The notes below the pieces were generated by a model. The model was not told the DNA's origin, did no database searches, and saw only the letters and a list, made by a program, of their open reading frames with translations. This document shows positions 10,062-20,171 of a DNA stretch of 64,000 bases, in pieces. The translations under genes were made by a program, and so were the position numbers. This DNA is from Polyangiaceae bacterium. GTDB lineage: Bacteria; Myxococcota_A; Polyangia; Polyangiales; Polyangiaceae. Positions within the stretch are counted from its first letter, which is position 1. Each line of letters begins with the position of its first letter. The stretch lies in the NCBI GenBank assembly GCA_050287085.1, contig JBNKBE010000013.1:113931-177930 (forward strand), in the 5' to 3' direction.

Positions 10062-11552
10062 ATGAACAAGCAAGACTCGAACGCTTTCAAAATGAATCGA
10101 CGAATGGTGCTCCGAGGCGCCAGCGGCTTGATGCTGGGGCTACCACTTCTGGAGACCTTCATGCCTCGCCGGGCAGAGGCGCAAGAGAACATGCGCTCGC
10201 CATTCATGCTCTTCGTGATCACGGACAATGGCGTGGTCCAGTCGGGTGTGACCTTGGGCGGCGGCGGCGAGCCGGAAATGTTTTGGCCCACGGCCACCGG
10301 TACGCTCACCAAAGCCAGCTTGGAAGCGGACAATGCAACGCGGTCCATCGGTGAGCTCGCCGAACACGCAGACAAGCTCCTGGTCGTTCGTGGGGTCAAC
10401 CTTCCCTACGGCTCTACCGGGTGTTCCCACTCCGCTGCGGACGCGCAGATCCTCACCGCGTCGCGGGTGACCGCGGGTAGCTCAGCCGCGGTGGGTGAAG
10501 GCATTTCGGTCGACACCGTTATCGCTCAGGCAAAAAACCCTCCCGGGCGGGATCCTCTGGCGCTGCACGCTGGAATGTTCACTCCCGGCGGCACGGGCTT
10601 CGACATTCCCGGATATGTGTCATACGTCGCTGGGAGGCAGCCGCGCGTATACATAGATTCTCCCTATAAGGCCTACCAGACGATTATTGGTGCGGTCGGC
10701 GACGGCACTGACGCTACCGAAGCGGAAGCCGCGCAGCAGTTGCTGCGCGCTGAACGTAGCAAGAGCATCAACGACATCTTGCGACCGCAGCTCCAAGACT
10801 TGCTCGCACGGCCTGACTTGAGCCAAAGCGACCGCACGCGACTCGATCAACACCTCACGGCAATCCGTGACATTGAAGTGCTGATGGCGTCCACGGCTTT
10901 CACCATCCCGGAGGAAGACATCGCCGCGATGCAGCAGATCGACCGAAACGCCTACGACCAGGCTACTCGTGAACAAGCCGTGAAGCTGCACATGGACCTG
11001 ATGGCGTTCTCGGCGGCGGCTGACTATAGCCGGGTTGCTGTTCTCAAGATCGGCGACCGCATCGACGATCACGTCTATACGATCAATGGGCAGAGCTTCA
11101 AGTTCCACGACGCGTCACACCGCGCTGTAAACAACGGGCTGCAGCTTCATCACGAAGTGGATCGCATCATGATGCGCCACTACAAGTACTTGATCGACGT
11201 GCTGTCAGGCTACGACACGCCCACCGGACCGTTCATTGATCAAGGCGTCGCGATTTGGGCCAACCAGTGCGCCACGGGAGCACACTCCTTCAGCAACGTA
11301 CCTTGGATCCTGGCCGGCTCTGCGAAGGGCCACTTCAAGCAGGGTCAGTACGTGACCGTTGGTACCGGAGACATGCCGGGTGGGCGTCAGGATGGGGTTG
11401 CGGGTGACGGTTCGGTATCGGGTGTCAACAAGATGCTGAACACCCTGCTCGGCGGAGCTCAGGTCACCAAGGACAATGGCGACGCAATCGATGACTTCGG
11501 TGATCCGTCGCTCCCCAAGGGCATCTTTGAAGAGATGCTTGCCGGGGCCTAG
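10062..11552 (+). CDS. Second DUF1552 family protein, Tat-exported
   Basis: NRRMVLRGASGLMLGLPLLE, DNGV, HDASH motif. Confidence 0.88.
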   Translation: MNKQDSNAFKMNRRMVLRGASGLMLGLPLLETFMPRRAEAQENMRSPFMLFVITDNGVVQSGVTLGGGGEPEMFWPTATGTLTKASLEADNATRSIGELAEHADKLLVVRGVNLPYGSTGCSHSAADAQILTASRVTAGSSAAVGEGISVDTVIAQAKNPPGRDPLALHAGMFTPGGTGFDIPGYVSYVAGRQPRVYIDSPYKAYQTIIGAVGDGTDATEAEAAQQLLRAERSKSINDILRPQLQDLLARPDLSQSDRTRLDQHLTAIRDIEVLMASTAFTIPEEDIAAMQQIDRNAYDQATREQAVKLHMDLMAFSAAADYSRVAVLKIGDRIDDHVYTINGQSFKFHDASHRAVNNGLQLHHEVDRIMMRHYKYLIDVLSGYDTPTGPFIDQGVAIWANQCATGAHSFSNVPWILAGSAKGHFKQGQYVTVGTGDMPGGRQDGVAGDGSVSGVNKMLNTLLGGAQVTKDNGDAIDDFGDPSLPKGIFEEMLAGA

Positions 11553-11572
11553 ACGCGCCGCTATAGCAAAAT

Positions 11573-13051
11573 ATGCACTTAAATATTGGCCTTGGTCGAC
11601 CCTTGGGGTCGACCTGGACCTGGGTTCTGGTAGCAGCTAGCCTGGGATTGGCCCCAGCGGCCTCAGCTCGCCGCGGCGGAATTGTGGTTGAGAGTTGTCA
11701 AGGCTGTCACGACAACGGACTGCCGCAGGCTGAGCTGGAGATGACTGCGGAGTCTGACGTCATCGAGCCGGGGGATACGGTTAACTTCGAGCTCACTATT
11801 CGTGGTGATGGCGCAAGTGCGGGCGGGACGTTCATTACGACCGCCGACGGTATCGGTACCCTTGAGGCCTTGCCGGGTGAAGGTCTTGCGTTCAGAGAGC
11901 GGGGTCTGGCGCATACGACCCCCAAAGCTGCAGTCAACGGCGCCGTGACGTTCCGCTTCGCCTGGCGCGCCCCCACCGAGCCCGGAGGCGTTGATTTTCG
12001 CGTCGTTGGCCTTGCCGCAAACGGCAACGGTCAGGCGAGCGGAGACGCCCCGGGCTCGAATGAGTTTCAATGGGCGTACGGGTGCGAAGGACGGCTGTTC
12101 TACCTCGACCTGGATCGCGACGGGTATGGCCGCCAGAGCTTGGGCACCCGCATCGGCTGCGCTGGAGACCCCCCGCCGAGCGGCTACGCGGCTGAGGACG
12201 GCGACTGCGATGAGAACAACGAGATGGTCAACCCCGGTGCAACCGAGGTTTGCAATCGTCGCGACGACGACTGCAACGGCGAGATCGACGAAAACGCGCC
12301 TGAACTCATGATGTGGCCGGACAACGACGGCGACGGCTACTACGCTTCCGAGAATGGTGAACCCACGATCGGCTGCGGGGATATGCCGGGGTTTGCCAGC
12401 GAGAAGGGCGACTGCAATGACAGCGACCCGGACGTCAATCCTGGAGCCACTGAGGTCTGCAACAACCTAGACGACAATTGCGACGGTGAAGTAGACGAAC
12501 GAGCACGCCCTCAATGTGGCGTCGGTTGGTGTTCGCGGTACAGCCCGACGTGTGATCCGGCAGATTGCGAACCAGGACCGCCAAGCGTGGAGACTTGCAA
12601 CAGTCTCGACGACGACTGCGACGGAATCGCGGACAACAACGTTTGCAGTGACGGGACGATCTGTTCTGGAGCAGACTGCGTCGCGCTGGATGACGCGAAC
12701 ATCGCGGGTAGCGGGGGACTGCCACCTTCGGGGGGAACCGGAGGCCTTCCGTCCACCCCGGGGTCTGCGGGCGGCCCCAGCATCGCCGGGAGCCCCGCTA
12801 TCGCCGGCGCCGCTCCGACCACCGCCGGAGCCGTGGGAGAGCCGTCGGAGCCTGAGACGACCGAGGAAGGCTGCAGCGTGGCGTCGGGTCTTGGACGACC
12901 CGAAATGAACCGAGGTGGCTGGTTTGCCTTCATCGCCACGGCTTTGGGGCTCGGCGTCAGACGACGCCGGCGAGGAGCACAGCGATACTCCGCCCGCTAC
13001 AGCCAGAGGAGCGGCCGGCGTAGTATGATTTTCCCATCCGCGGGCCCATAG
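11573..13051 (+). CDS. Surface protein: Reeler-like/CxxCH N-domain, MopE-like metal-binding repeats, MYXO-CTERM tail
   Basis: Signal peptide, CQGCH, repeated DCDxx..NPGATEVCNxxDDDCxGxxDE, C-terminal GCSV + TM + RRRRR. Confidence 0.85.
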   Translation: MHLNIGLGRPLGSTWTWVLVAASLGLAPAASARRGGIVVESCQGCHDNGLPQAELEMTAESDVIEPGDTVNFELTIRGDGASAGGTFITTADGIGTLEALPGEGLAFRERGLAHTTPKAAVNGAVTFRFAWRAPTEPGGVDFRVVGLAANGNGQASGDAPGSNEFQWAYGCEGRLFYLDLDRDGYGRQSLGTRIGCAGDPPPSGYAAEDGDCDENNEMVNPGATEVCNRRDDDCNGEIDENAPELMMWPDNDGDGYYASENGEPTIGCGDMPGFASEKGDCNDSDPDVNPGATEVCNNLDDNCDGEVDERARPQCGVGWCSRYSPTCDPADCEPGPPSVETCNSLDDDCDGIADNNVCSDGTICSGADCVALDDANIAGSGGLPPSGGTGGLPSTPGSAGGPSIAGSPAIAGAAPTTAGAVGEPSEPETTEEGCSVASGLGRPEMNRGGWFAFIATALGLGVRRRRRGAQRYSARYSQRSGRRSMIFPSAGP

Positions 13052-13209
13052 CGTAAGACCGCTTCCGCGGAGGTGTCTCCCAGGCTCTGGAGGCCGAGCA
13101 CACCGCGGTTGAGAGTTGACCTCCACAGCCCATTGGAAGTGCTCGGAAGCCCAGCTATACGGGGGTGGCACGGGCTTCCGCTCCGTGATCACGCGCCAAG
13201 ACCCGTTTC

Positions 13210-14853
13210 ATGCTGCCTCAGCCTCCCACCGCAACACGCGTCATCGGTCGCTATCTGCTGTGTGACGCGATTGCTTCGGGTGGCATGGCAACCGTACACT
13301 TGGGACGGTTGATAGGCCCGCAAGGATTCTCGCGGACCGTGGCAATCAAGCGCCTGCATCCGCAGTTTGCGCGGGATCCGGAGTTTGTGACCATGTTCCT
13401 GGACGAAGCGCGCCTGGCCTCGCGCATCAGCCATCCCAACGTGGTGTCGCCACTGGATGTGATCTCGTCACCCCCGGAGCTCTTCATAGTCATGGAGTAT
13501 GTTCACGGTGAATCACTCTCGCGCCTGATCGACTACGCTGGCGAACGGCCGGTGCCCGTGCGCATCGCACTCGCGATCATGGGACAGGTCTTGCTGGGGC
13601 TTCATGCCGCCCATGTCGCGACCTCCGAGTTCGGAGAGCCTCTGGAACTTGTGCATCGCGACGTTTCTCCTCAGAACATCCTGGTGACGGAACACGGCGT
13701 GGCGCGCGTCGTAGACTTCGGGATCGCAAAGGCCAGCGAACGTTCGCACCAGACTGAGGAAGGCAAACTCAAGGGGAAGTTTGGCTATATGACGCCGGAA
13801 CAGGTTCAGCTTCTGCACGTTGATCAACGCAGCGACATATTCGCGGCGGGCATCGTGTTGTGGGAGCTGCTGACGGGACGTCGCCTGTTTAGCGCAAGCA
13901 GCGCCATCGCGTCCCTACACGAGCTGCTTTACGCCGAGCTCGAAGCCCCCAGTCGCTTTGCCCCAGACGTTCCGCCAGCAGTGGACCGCGTCGTCATGAA
14001 AGCATTGGCTCGTCCCGTTGATGAACGATTTCAAACAGCGCGGGAAATGGCAGAAGCGCTCGAGCGTGCGGCTTCGTCAAGCAGTACGTTGGAACTGTCG
14101 TCGTGGATGAACAAACAAGCCCAAGCTAGTTTGGAGGCACGTGCCGAGGCGGTCGCGGAAGTGGAGGCGCTGCGCTTTCAGGATTTCACCCAGAAGTTGG
14201 CAACCCCCGAGCTCTTCGGCACCTCGCAGGCGCTCAGCGGCTCGCGCCCCAGCCCTATGTCTGGCCCTGCGCCCACATCTTCGGAGCGCAAGGTTGAGTC
14301 GAGTGCCTGGACCCCATCGGCGCCAAGCGACGCGGCCAGCGCAACTCCGGGTCTGACGTCACCCCCATCCCCCGCTTCCGGAGGTGCGGCTTCGGCGCCT
14401 TCAGCTCCACCTGCTTCTGGGTCCGACAATCCCACGCCGCTGGCTGGCCTTCGTTGGGTTCTCGCACTGGGTGCGCTCGGCGCAGCCGCACTCGTCGCCC
14501 TGACCTGGCTCTCCGCTGGGCGCGAAGCCCCTCCTTCTCCGACTGACTCCCCTTCAGCGGCAAGTCCTCCTGCTGCGCCAGCTCCAGGCGACGAGCGCTC
14601 TTTGGAGGGCGTGCTCCGCGCGCCCCCACCCGCCGCTTTCGGCCGTGATCGAGGAGATAGCGGCCTGATGAACACGGCGCCCGGCGCCCCGCTTCCCCCT
14701 TCATCGCCAGCGACAAGCGCGCCCGCGCTAGTTCCTCCGCCAACGCCCAAGACAGGCTCCCCCGCCCCACGAGTCAAGAACAAGGGCCAATGTGAGGTAC
14801 CCTACACCCTGGATGAAAGCGGCTTGAAGCGCTTCAAGCCGGAGTGCCTGTAG
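13210..14853 (+). CDS. Hanks-type Ser/Thr protein kinase, membrane anchored
   Basis: IASGGMATV, VAIK, HRDVSPQN, DFGIAK, GKFGYMTPEQ; TM segment and myxobacterial C-terminal C..PY..D..G.KRFKPECL. Confidence 0.95.
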   Translation: MLPQPPTATRVIGRYLLCDAIASGGMATVHLGRLIGPQGFSRTVAIKRLHPQFARDPEFVTMFLDEARLASRISHPNVVSPLDVISSPPELFIVMEYVHGESLSRLIDYAGERPVPVRIALAIMGQVLLGLHAAHVATSEFGEPLELVHRDVSPQNILVTEHGVARVVDFGIAKASERSHQTEEGKLKGKFGYMTPEQVQLLHVDQRSDIFAAGIVLWELLTGRRLFSASSAIASLHELLYAELEAPSRFAPDVPPAVDRVVMKALARPVDERFQTAREMAEALERAASSSSTLELSSWMNKQAQASLEARAEAVAEVEALRFQDFTQKLATPELFGTSQALSGSRPSPMSGPAPTSSERKVESSAWTPSAPSDAASATPGLTSPPSPASGGAASAPSAPPASGSDNPTPLAGLRWVLALGALGAAALVALTWLSAGREAPPSPTDSPSAASPPAAPAPGDERSLEGVLRAPPPAAFGRDRGDSGLMNTAPGAPLPPSSPATSAPALVPPPTPKTGSPAPRVKNKGQCEVPYTLDESGLKRFKPECL

Positions 14854-16237
14854 GCTGCCACGGGGAATACCAAGCAAGCGCAGCATCCGCCAGCAAAGGT
14901 ACAACGCCGTCCACACCTTGGTGGTGTCCGCTTCGCGCTGTCCAATGCTCGACGGCAAAGCACTGCACTCCGTCGGCGGCAAGTGGCTTCGGAGTATGTG
15001 GCGAACTTGCGATGGAGATCGTTTTGCCTGCGGGGGTCCAGAACTCGACACATGAGTTCGGCGCCCTTGAGCAACACCGCCGCATGTCCATCGCGGCCTC
15101 TCCTCTGGGCAGAGTCACCGGCCAGGGCTAGCACAGCTCCGCTGAGCCCAGCACACCTGTCCCAATGCACGCCGCCAAGGGACACTTCCACGGTCCGAAG
15201 TTTCTTGGGGCAGTCGCGCTCGTTCGGTCGCCGCTCCACGCCACACTGAGCAGGTATTCCCAGCGAAGCTCGTTGAACATCTCTCTGTGCCCTCCGCGCC
15301 AGCAACCGTCCCGGAGGCGGTCGTAGCATATCGCTGTCTTGCCGGTTGCGGAACGCCGTCGACCTGCGGCCGACAATCGCCAAGCGCGCGCAAGACGACA
15401 GCGTTGCCGACTCAGCGTCGCGCGGTGAACCGGTGATCCATCGACTACGGAAAGAGGCGCGCACGAGTACGCCAGGGCCTCAGCATCAGGGCGGTCTCAC
15501 CCCAACCTCGATTGAAAGTCGGTCCGGAACTACCCCACCGGGCCTTACCAAATCCTCGGCGACAAGGTCGCTTTCGGGCTGATGGGCTTCGAGGTCAAGG
15601 GCCACCTCCTTCGGTACTCCAAACCATGCCCGGTCCGCTTCGGCGGACCGGCTCTCGTCGCTCAGCCGGCGCTCGACAACTACGGGGAAGGTGGACGACA
15701 CAGTGTTCACGAAAGATTTGTGAATGACTCGGCGTCTTGCGGGCATGCTCGGCAAGGCGCTCAAACGGGTCGAGTTGGCGCGTGTGCCCGGACTCCCGGG
15801 ACCGGAGAGGGCGCCGGTGGAAGCTCCGCACCTGGCCCACGACGACGGTCGTTGGGCTCACAGCTGCAAGCATCTCGGCGCGGTTGAACGATTGACGCGC
15901 GAGGCGAGCAGTTTGCTGTTCTGTCTCTTGAATGGGGTGCCACGAACGAGCGTTGAAGAGTGCAGAGCCAAGTTTCGCTTCAGGAGGAAAGCGTGCTGAC
16001 CTTTGCATCGCGCTGGGCCGAGTCCGCCGACGCGCAGAGGATCGTGGTTCGGCTCCACTGGGGCGTGGAGCTCACCCATCAGACCCTCGACGTAGCCTTC
16101 GAGGAAGACGCTCGCCCGTGGATTCGAGACAACCCGCGCGGCCTGTGTGCGGTGCTCAACTCCAACACCCCGGTCCCGACTAAGCCGTTGCCCTCGCTGC
16201 CCGCACCAATCACAGCAGGGCGGTGCTGCAACCGACG

Positions 16238-16365
16238 CCCCAAAACCGAACCCGCTCCCACCGGCCGAAGCCCAAGGCGTGCTTCGCGCGCCCCTACCCG
16301 CCGCTTTCGGCCGCGACCGCGGGGAGCGAGCAAGCTCGCTCCCCACTCCTCCGATCAAAGCTTGG
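16238..16365 (-). repeat. REP/BIME-like dispersed element, copy 1
   Basis: Perfect hairpin GGGGAGCGAG-CAAG-CTCGCTCCCC; homologous to 35743-35830 and to 14608-14658. Confidence 0.75.
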
Positions 16366-16666
16366 CCTCACCCCTTGGGGGTCGACACGATGCTGCTACG
16401 TCTTCTCGGATTGGCTCAAGGACGCGAGCGATGCGTGCGAGCCGCGCCACCCGACGAGACCCCTAGCATGCGCTTCGGGCAACTGACCCGAGCTTCCGCC
16501 GTCACTGATATCGCTCGGCGGAGGGGGCTTATCCTGGTACGCAAACGCGGAATCAGCTGTGCCGTCATGACGTCTGTGGCAAAGCGGGTCACGGTCTTTG
16601 ACGCGCTGGATCGCGCCTGAAAACCGTTTGACGGTATTGAGCGCGCTAGAGTAGCTTGCCGGGCCG

Positions 16667-17707
16667 TTGTCACGGCCGACTCATCATACCGGAACCCGCC
16701 ATACCGGAACCCGCATTGTGCCGGGCCATTTAGTGCCGGGCCATTTAGTGCCGGGCCATTCAGTGCCGGGCCATTCAGTGCCGGGCTATTCAGTGCCGGG
16801 CTATGCAGTTCAGTGCTCGTTGCGTCGGCGCTGGTCGCTTCTGGGCTGTTCACTTCTGGCCGTCTCCTGCCTCTTGCTTTCGCCTCTGGCTTGGGCCGAC
16901 ACCACGTCGTGTTCTTCAGCTCACGAGTCCGCTCAATTGGCTCAGCAAGAAGGGAGACTTCAGGACGCCTCCATACTGCTGACGACCTGCGCGTCGGACG
17001 CCGCCTGCCCCGACCTGATTCGCAACGACTGCTCCGCGATCTACAAGTCGATTGTCGACGCACTGCCGACCGTGATCTTTGTAGTTCTCGACGGCAAGCG
17101 TGAGCTTTCCGGCGCTCGCGTATTCGCCGATGGGCTCTTGATTGCAGACAGCTTGGACGGCCGCGCGCTTGCGCTCGATCCAGGCCGCCATCGCTTGAAG
17201 GTAGAGCTCCCGGACGGACGGACCCAAGGCAGCGAGGTGGTGTTGCACGAGGGGGTCAAGAATCGCCTGATCAGAGTGCAAATCGCCCCAAAGGTGTCAT
17301 CCGGAACAGCCCAGCCCGCACAGAACTTGGGGCCTTCCAGAACCGCCTTCTGGCTTGCGTCAGCAGCCGCGGCTGGCGCCCTCACGACGGGCGCGGTGTT
17401 CTCGGTGCTCGGCTACAGCAAAGAGAGGGCCGTCGCAAACGAGATCCGCGATTGCAGTCCGTCGCTCCCTTGCTCGCGACAGCTCTACGCTGACGGCAAG
17501 CAGCAGCTGGAGGACGCCCGCGGCGCCTATACGGCTGGAAACATTGCCTTTGCCCTGGGCGGCGTGGCGGCGGCGACAGCGGCTGTTCTATATTGGACAA
17601 CCTCCGAAAGGGATGATGAGCCTTCGCCGAACGCAGTCCGGCGTGAGCGGATAGCCGTTACTCCAGCGTCGAAAGGTCTTGGCGCGGCGGTGCATCTTCA
17701 GTTCTAG
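16667..17707 (+). CDS. Exported PEGA-like protein typical of myxobacterial eSTK cassettes (start uncertain)
   Basis: Signal peptide ending AWA, Cys-containing helical N-domain, LDPGRHRLKV, two C-terminal hydrophobic segments, terminal Phe. Confidence 0.75.
   Translation: MSRPTHHTGTRHTGTRIVPGHLVPGHLVPGHSVPGHSVPGYSVPGYAVQCSLRRRWSLLGCSLLAVSCLLLSPLAWADTTSCSSAHESAQLAQQEGRLQDASILLTTCASDAACPDLIRNDCSAIYKSIVDALPTVIFVVLDGKRELSGARVFADGLLIADSLDGRALALDPGRHRLKVELPDGRTQGSEVVLHEGVKNRLIRVQIAPKVSSGTAQPAQNLGPSRTAFWLASAAAAGALTTGAVFSVLGYSKERAVANEIRDCSPSLPCSRQLYADGKQQLEDARGAYTAGNIAFALGGVAAATAAVLYWTTSERDDEPSPNAVRRERIAVTPASKGLGAAVHLQF
16685..16807 (+). repeat. 15-bp tandem repeats (2x CATACCGGAACCCGC, then 6x GTGCCGGGCYATKYA)
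   Basis: Read directly from the sequence. Confidence 0.95.
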
Positions 17708-17771
17708 ATCTCCGCGAACGGCTCAGCTGCTACTGTGCCGTGGACGGTGGCTCAACCCGAGAATTCTCCCC

Positions 17772-18869
17772 ATGACGAGCGTGACGACGACAGTGTATTC
17801 TTGTGGACTGGGAGTCCTCCTCGGCAACCTGCTGCTCGGGGCCTGCTCGGTATCAACTCGGCTGGAGGAGCGTGCCTTCGAACCCATCGACGCCGCCCCG
17901 ACGGCACTCGGAGGCGCCAGCGACAGCTTCGACAACGCCCATGCCGGCGCTGCTCTCGACGGCAAGTCGGGTATGTCTTCCACGGGTGGGCTTGGTGGTT
18001 CCGACTCCGAACCAGACACCTGCGACGACGCCGAGTGCTGTATGACACCTCCTTGTGGGCCGCGGGCGGGCCAAGGGGGCTCGGCGGAAAGCAGCGACGC
18101 GGGAGGGACTGAGGCCGCTCCCGACGGGACGCGAGACGCCGCAGAGCCACCGAAGCACGACTCCGGGCTGCTGCTGCACTACTCTTTCGATGAAGGAGGT
18201 GGCACCCTCGCTCGCGACGAGGTGCGAGACGACCAATCGGGAACGCTCCGCGGTGGAGCGGGGTGGACCACCGGGAAACTGGGGGGTGCGCTATTGCTAG
18301 AAGGAAGCCCCGCCGATGCACTCGACCCCCAATACGTTGAGCTGCCAGCCAATCTGCTATCGGGCCTGGCTGAAACGAGTATCATCGCCTGGGTGCGCTG
18401 GGACGGAGGTGAACACTGGCAACGCGTGTTTGACTTCGGTGCTGACCCCGCCCACGGCTTCTACGTGACGCCTCAAGCTCCCGACGCCCCGGGTGCACCG
18501 GACGCGGGTGCAGCACAGGACATCGGACTCGTAGTCGTGCGCCCCCTTGAACCGATGGCACCGCAAGTCCATCTGCAGGTGCGTCCCTTGCTTCATGTTG
18601 CCGAGTGGACCCACGTGGCGGTCACGTGGACCCGTGACGCGTTGATCGTCTACGTTGACGGACAGAAGGCGGCGTCGACACCGGCGGGACCCTATGCGCC
18701 AAACCCCGAAATGGGTCCGAGCAGCCTAGGAGAACTGCCCGAAGCATACATCGGTCGTTCACTTTCCCCGGCTGATCCCTATTTTGGCGGCGCTATCGAC
18801 GATTTTCGAGTTTACGATCGAGCCCTGACGCAGGCCGAAGTCATCGAACTCCGAGACCTATCTCCGTAA
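17772..18869 (+). CDS. LamG/concanavalin-A-like domain lipoprotein
   Basis: Lipobox LLGAC, HYSFDE, WQRVFDFG, WTHVAVTW, YVDG, IDDFRVYDRALT. Confidence 0.88.
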   Translation: MTSVTTTVYSCGLGVLLGNLLLGACSVSTRLEERAFEPIDAAPTALGGASDSFDNAHAGAALDGKSGMSSTGGLGGSDSEPDTCDDAECCMTPPCGPRAGQGGSAESSDAGGTEAAPDGTRDAAEPPKHDSGLLLHYSFDEGGGTLARDEVRDDQSGTLRGGAGWTTGKLGGALLLEGSPADALDPQYVELPANLLSGLAETSIIAWVRWDGGEHWQRVFDFGADPAHGFYVTPQAPDAPGAPDAGAAQDIGLVVVRPLEPMAPQVHLQVRPLLHVAEWTHVAVTWTRDALIVYVDGQKAASTPAGPYAPNPEMGPSSLGELPEAYIGRSLSPADPYFGGAIDDFRVYDRALTQAEVIELRDLSP

Positions 18870-19028
18870 GGAGCGGCGGGTCGAGCGTCACCATCACGAC
18901 CGGTAGCGGGAGCGCCACACAGACCCACCGTTGTCGGCCATTCGCGTATCGTCGCCGTGGTCCCGCATTGTCGCCGTGGGCCGGCATTGCCGCCGTGGGC
19001 CAGAACCGAGCTGTCTCCCAGTGTCGCC

Positions 19029-19802
19029 TCACTCACTGGGCTCTCGAAGCGCTGCAGCTACTTGTATTCCAATTCCGGCCGCGGTGCCCGCCGAACCGTG
19101 CCCTATCATGCTACCTCCGGCCGCTCCGGCCAACGGTGAAGCGCTGCTCGCCGCGGCCGCAAGCGTTCCGTGCAGGGCGTCAGACGCGACCGCTGCGACG
19201 GGCAGAGCTCCCCCTAGTCCGACGCGAATCAGGCCAGCGTTGGCCGAGGTGAGCGCCCCCCAAGCCCCACTCTTGGCCGCGGCCCACCAGTCCACGACCC
19301 TGTCTTTGGCCAAGTCTCCAACCCCCGAGGTCGCGACCCCGGTAGCAAAGCCTTCCACGGCACTCCCAACCACGGCTGCAACGGCCGATCCTTGCGCAGC
19401 AGCAACCCCTGGAGCCGCAATGGCCACCGCCGTTGCCGACACCATCAACGCCGCATCCTGCACTTGCTCGGCGCGCCGGAAATCGTAGTCGAGCTCGTAG
19501 GCAAGACGTTCGAGTGCGTTCATTCCCGCGCGCGGGTCAAAGGGCTGAGAACGAGCGGATGGCGATTCTGAAACGCTCTGCCTCCCCCGCTCGCCGTCCG
19601 AAGAAGGCTGGCCCCTACCCCCGCGAGCCGCATTGTCCACCAGTGCCTGCACCCCCCGGGAACGGGTTGTGGGCGCCTGCCCTCCCGCGGCCTTGCCCGC
19701 GTCGGGCTTGGCCAGGCGCGGCGCATTGGGAGCCTCGGTGCGCTGACAGGCGGCTCCCTCGGAGCGCGAACGCCCCGCGCCAGATATCGCATTTGAACTC
19801 AT
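19029..19802 (-). CDS. Hypothetical protein with Gly/Ala-rich hydrophobic C-terminus
   Basis: AAGGAG before ATG 19802; disordered N-half, several small-residue hydrophobic helices. Confidence 0.65.
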   Translation of the reverse strand: MSSNAISGAGRSRSEGAACQRTEAPNAPRLAKPDAGKAAGGQAPTTRSRGVQALVDNAARGGRGQPSSDGERGRQSVSESPSARSQPFDPRAGMNALERLAYELDYDFRRAEQVQDAALMVSATAVAIAAPGVAAAQGSAVAAVVGSAVEGFATGVATSGVGDLAKDRVVDWWAAAKSGAWGALTSANAGLIRVGLGGALPVAAVASDALHGTLAAAASSASPLAGAAGGSMIGHGSAGTAAGIGIQVAAALREPSE

Positions 19803-20171
19803 GAACCAACTCCTTGTCGGGCGCAGAAAGCGCCCGCACTCCAGCCGCTCGGCGCGAGCTCTGGTCGGTTGCGCACAATCAGGCACCCGGCTCCGAAATC
19901 CGGCGGGCGCGAGCCGCGCCTCACCCTCGGCTCAACGCTCGGTCCTCGTGCGGCACCAGGAACAGCCAAGAGCCCGCTGGGAACACCACTTCGGTGCAGG
20001 GTCATCTTCTGGCCCGTGCCGAACTACAACTCATGACCCATCCGACAGACGTTGCACCCAGGCTTCATCCCAGAAGGGTCAGGCGGCCGACGCTCCCACA
20101 CGGTAGTTGCCTCGAGACGACAAGGAGAGCAAGAAAGGCGCTCGGAAGGGTTTGCAGAAAGGTACCTATCA

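Noticed and set aside
14834..15376. Two in-frame minus-strand ORFs separated by one TAG (readthrough or pyrrolysine?)
   Set aside because: No recognisable protein, weak codon bias, no recoding machinery in view
16685..16807. Repeat arrays here and at 55356-55422 as CRISPR
   Set aside because: Head-to-tail 15-bp units with no unique spacers, and no cas genes
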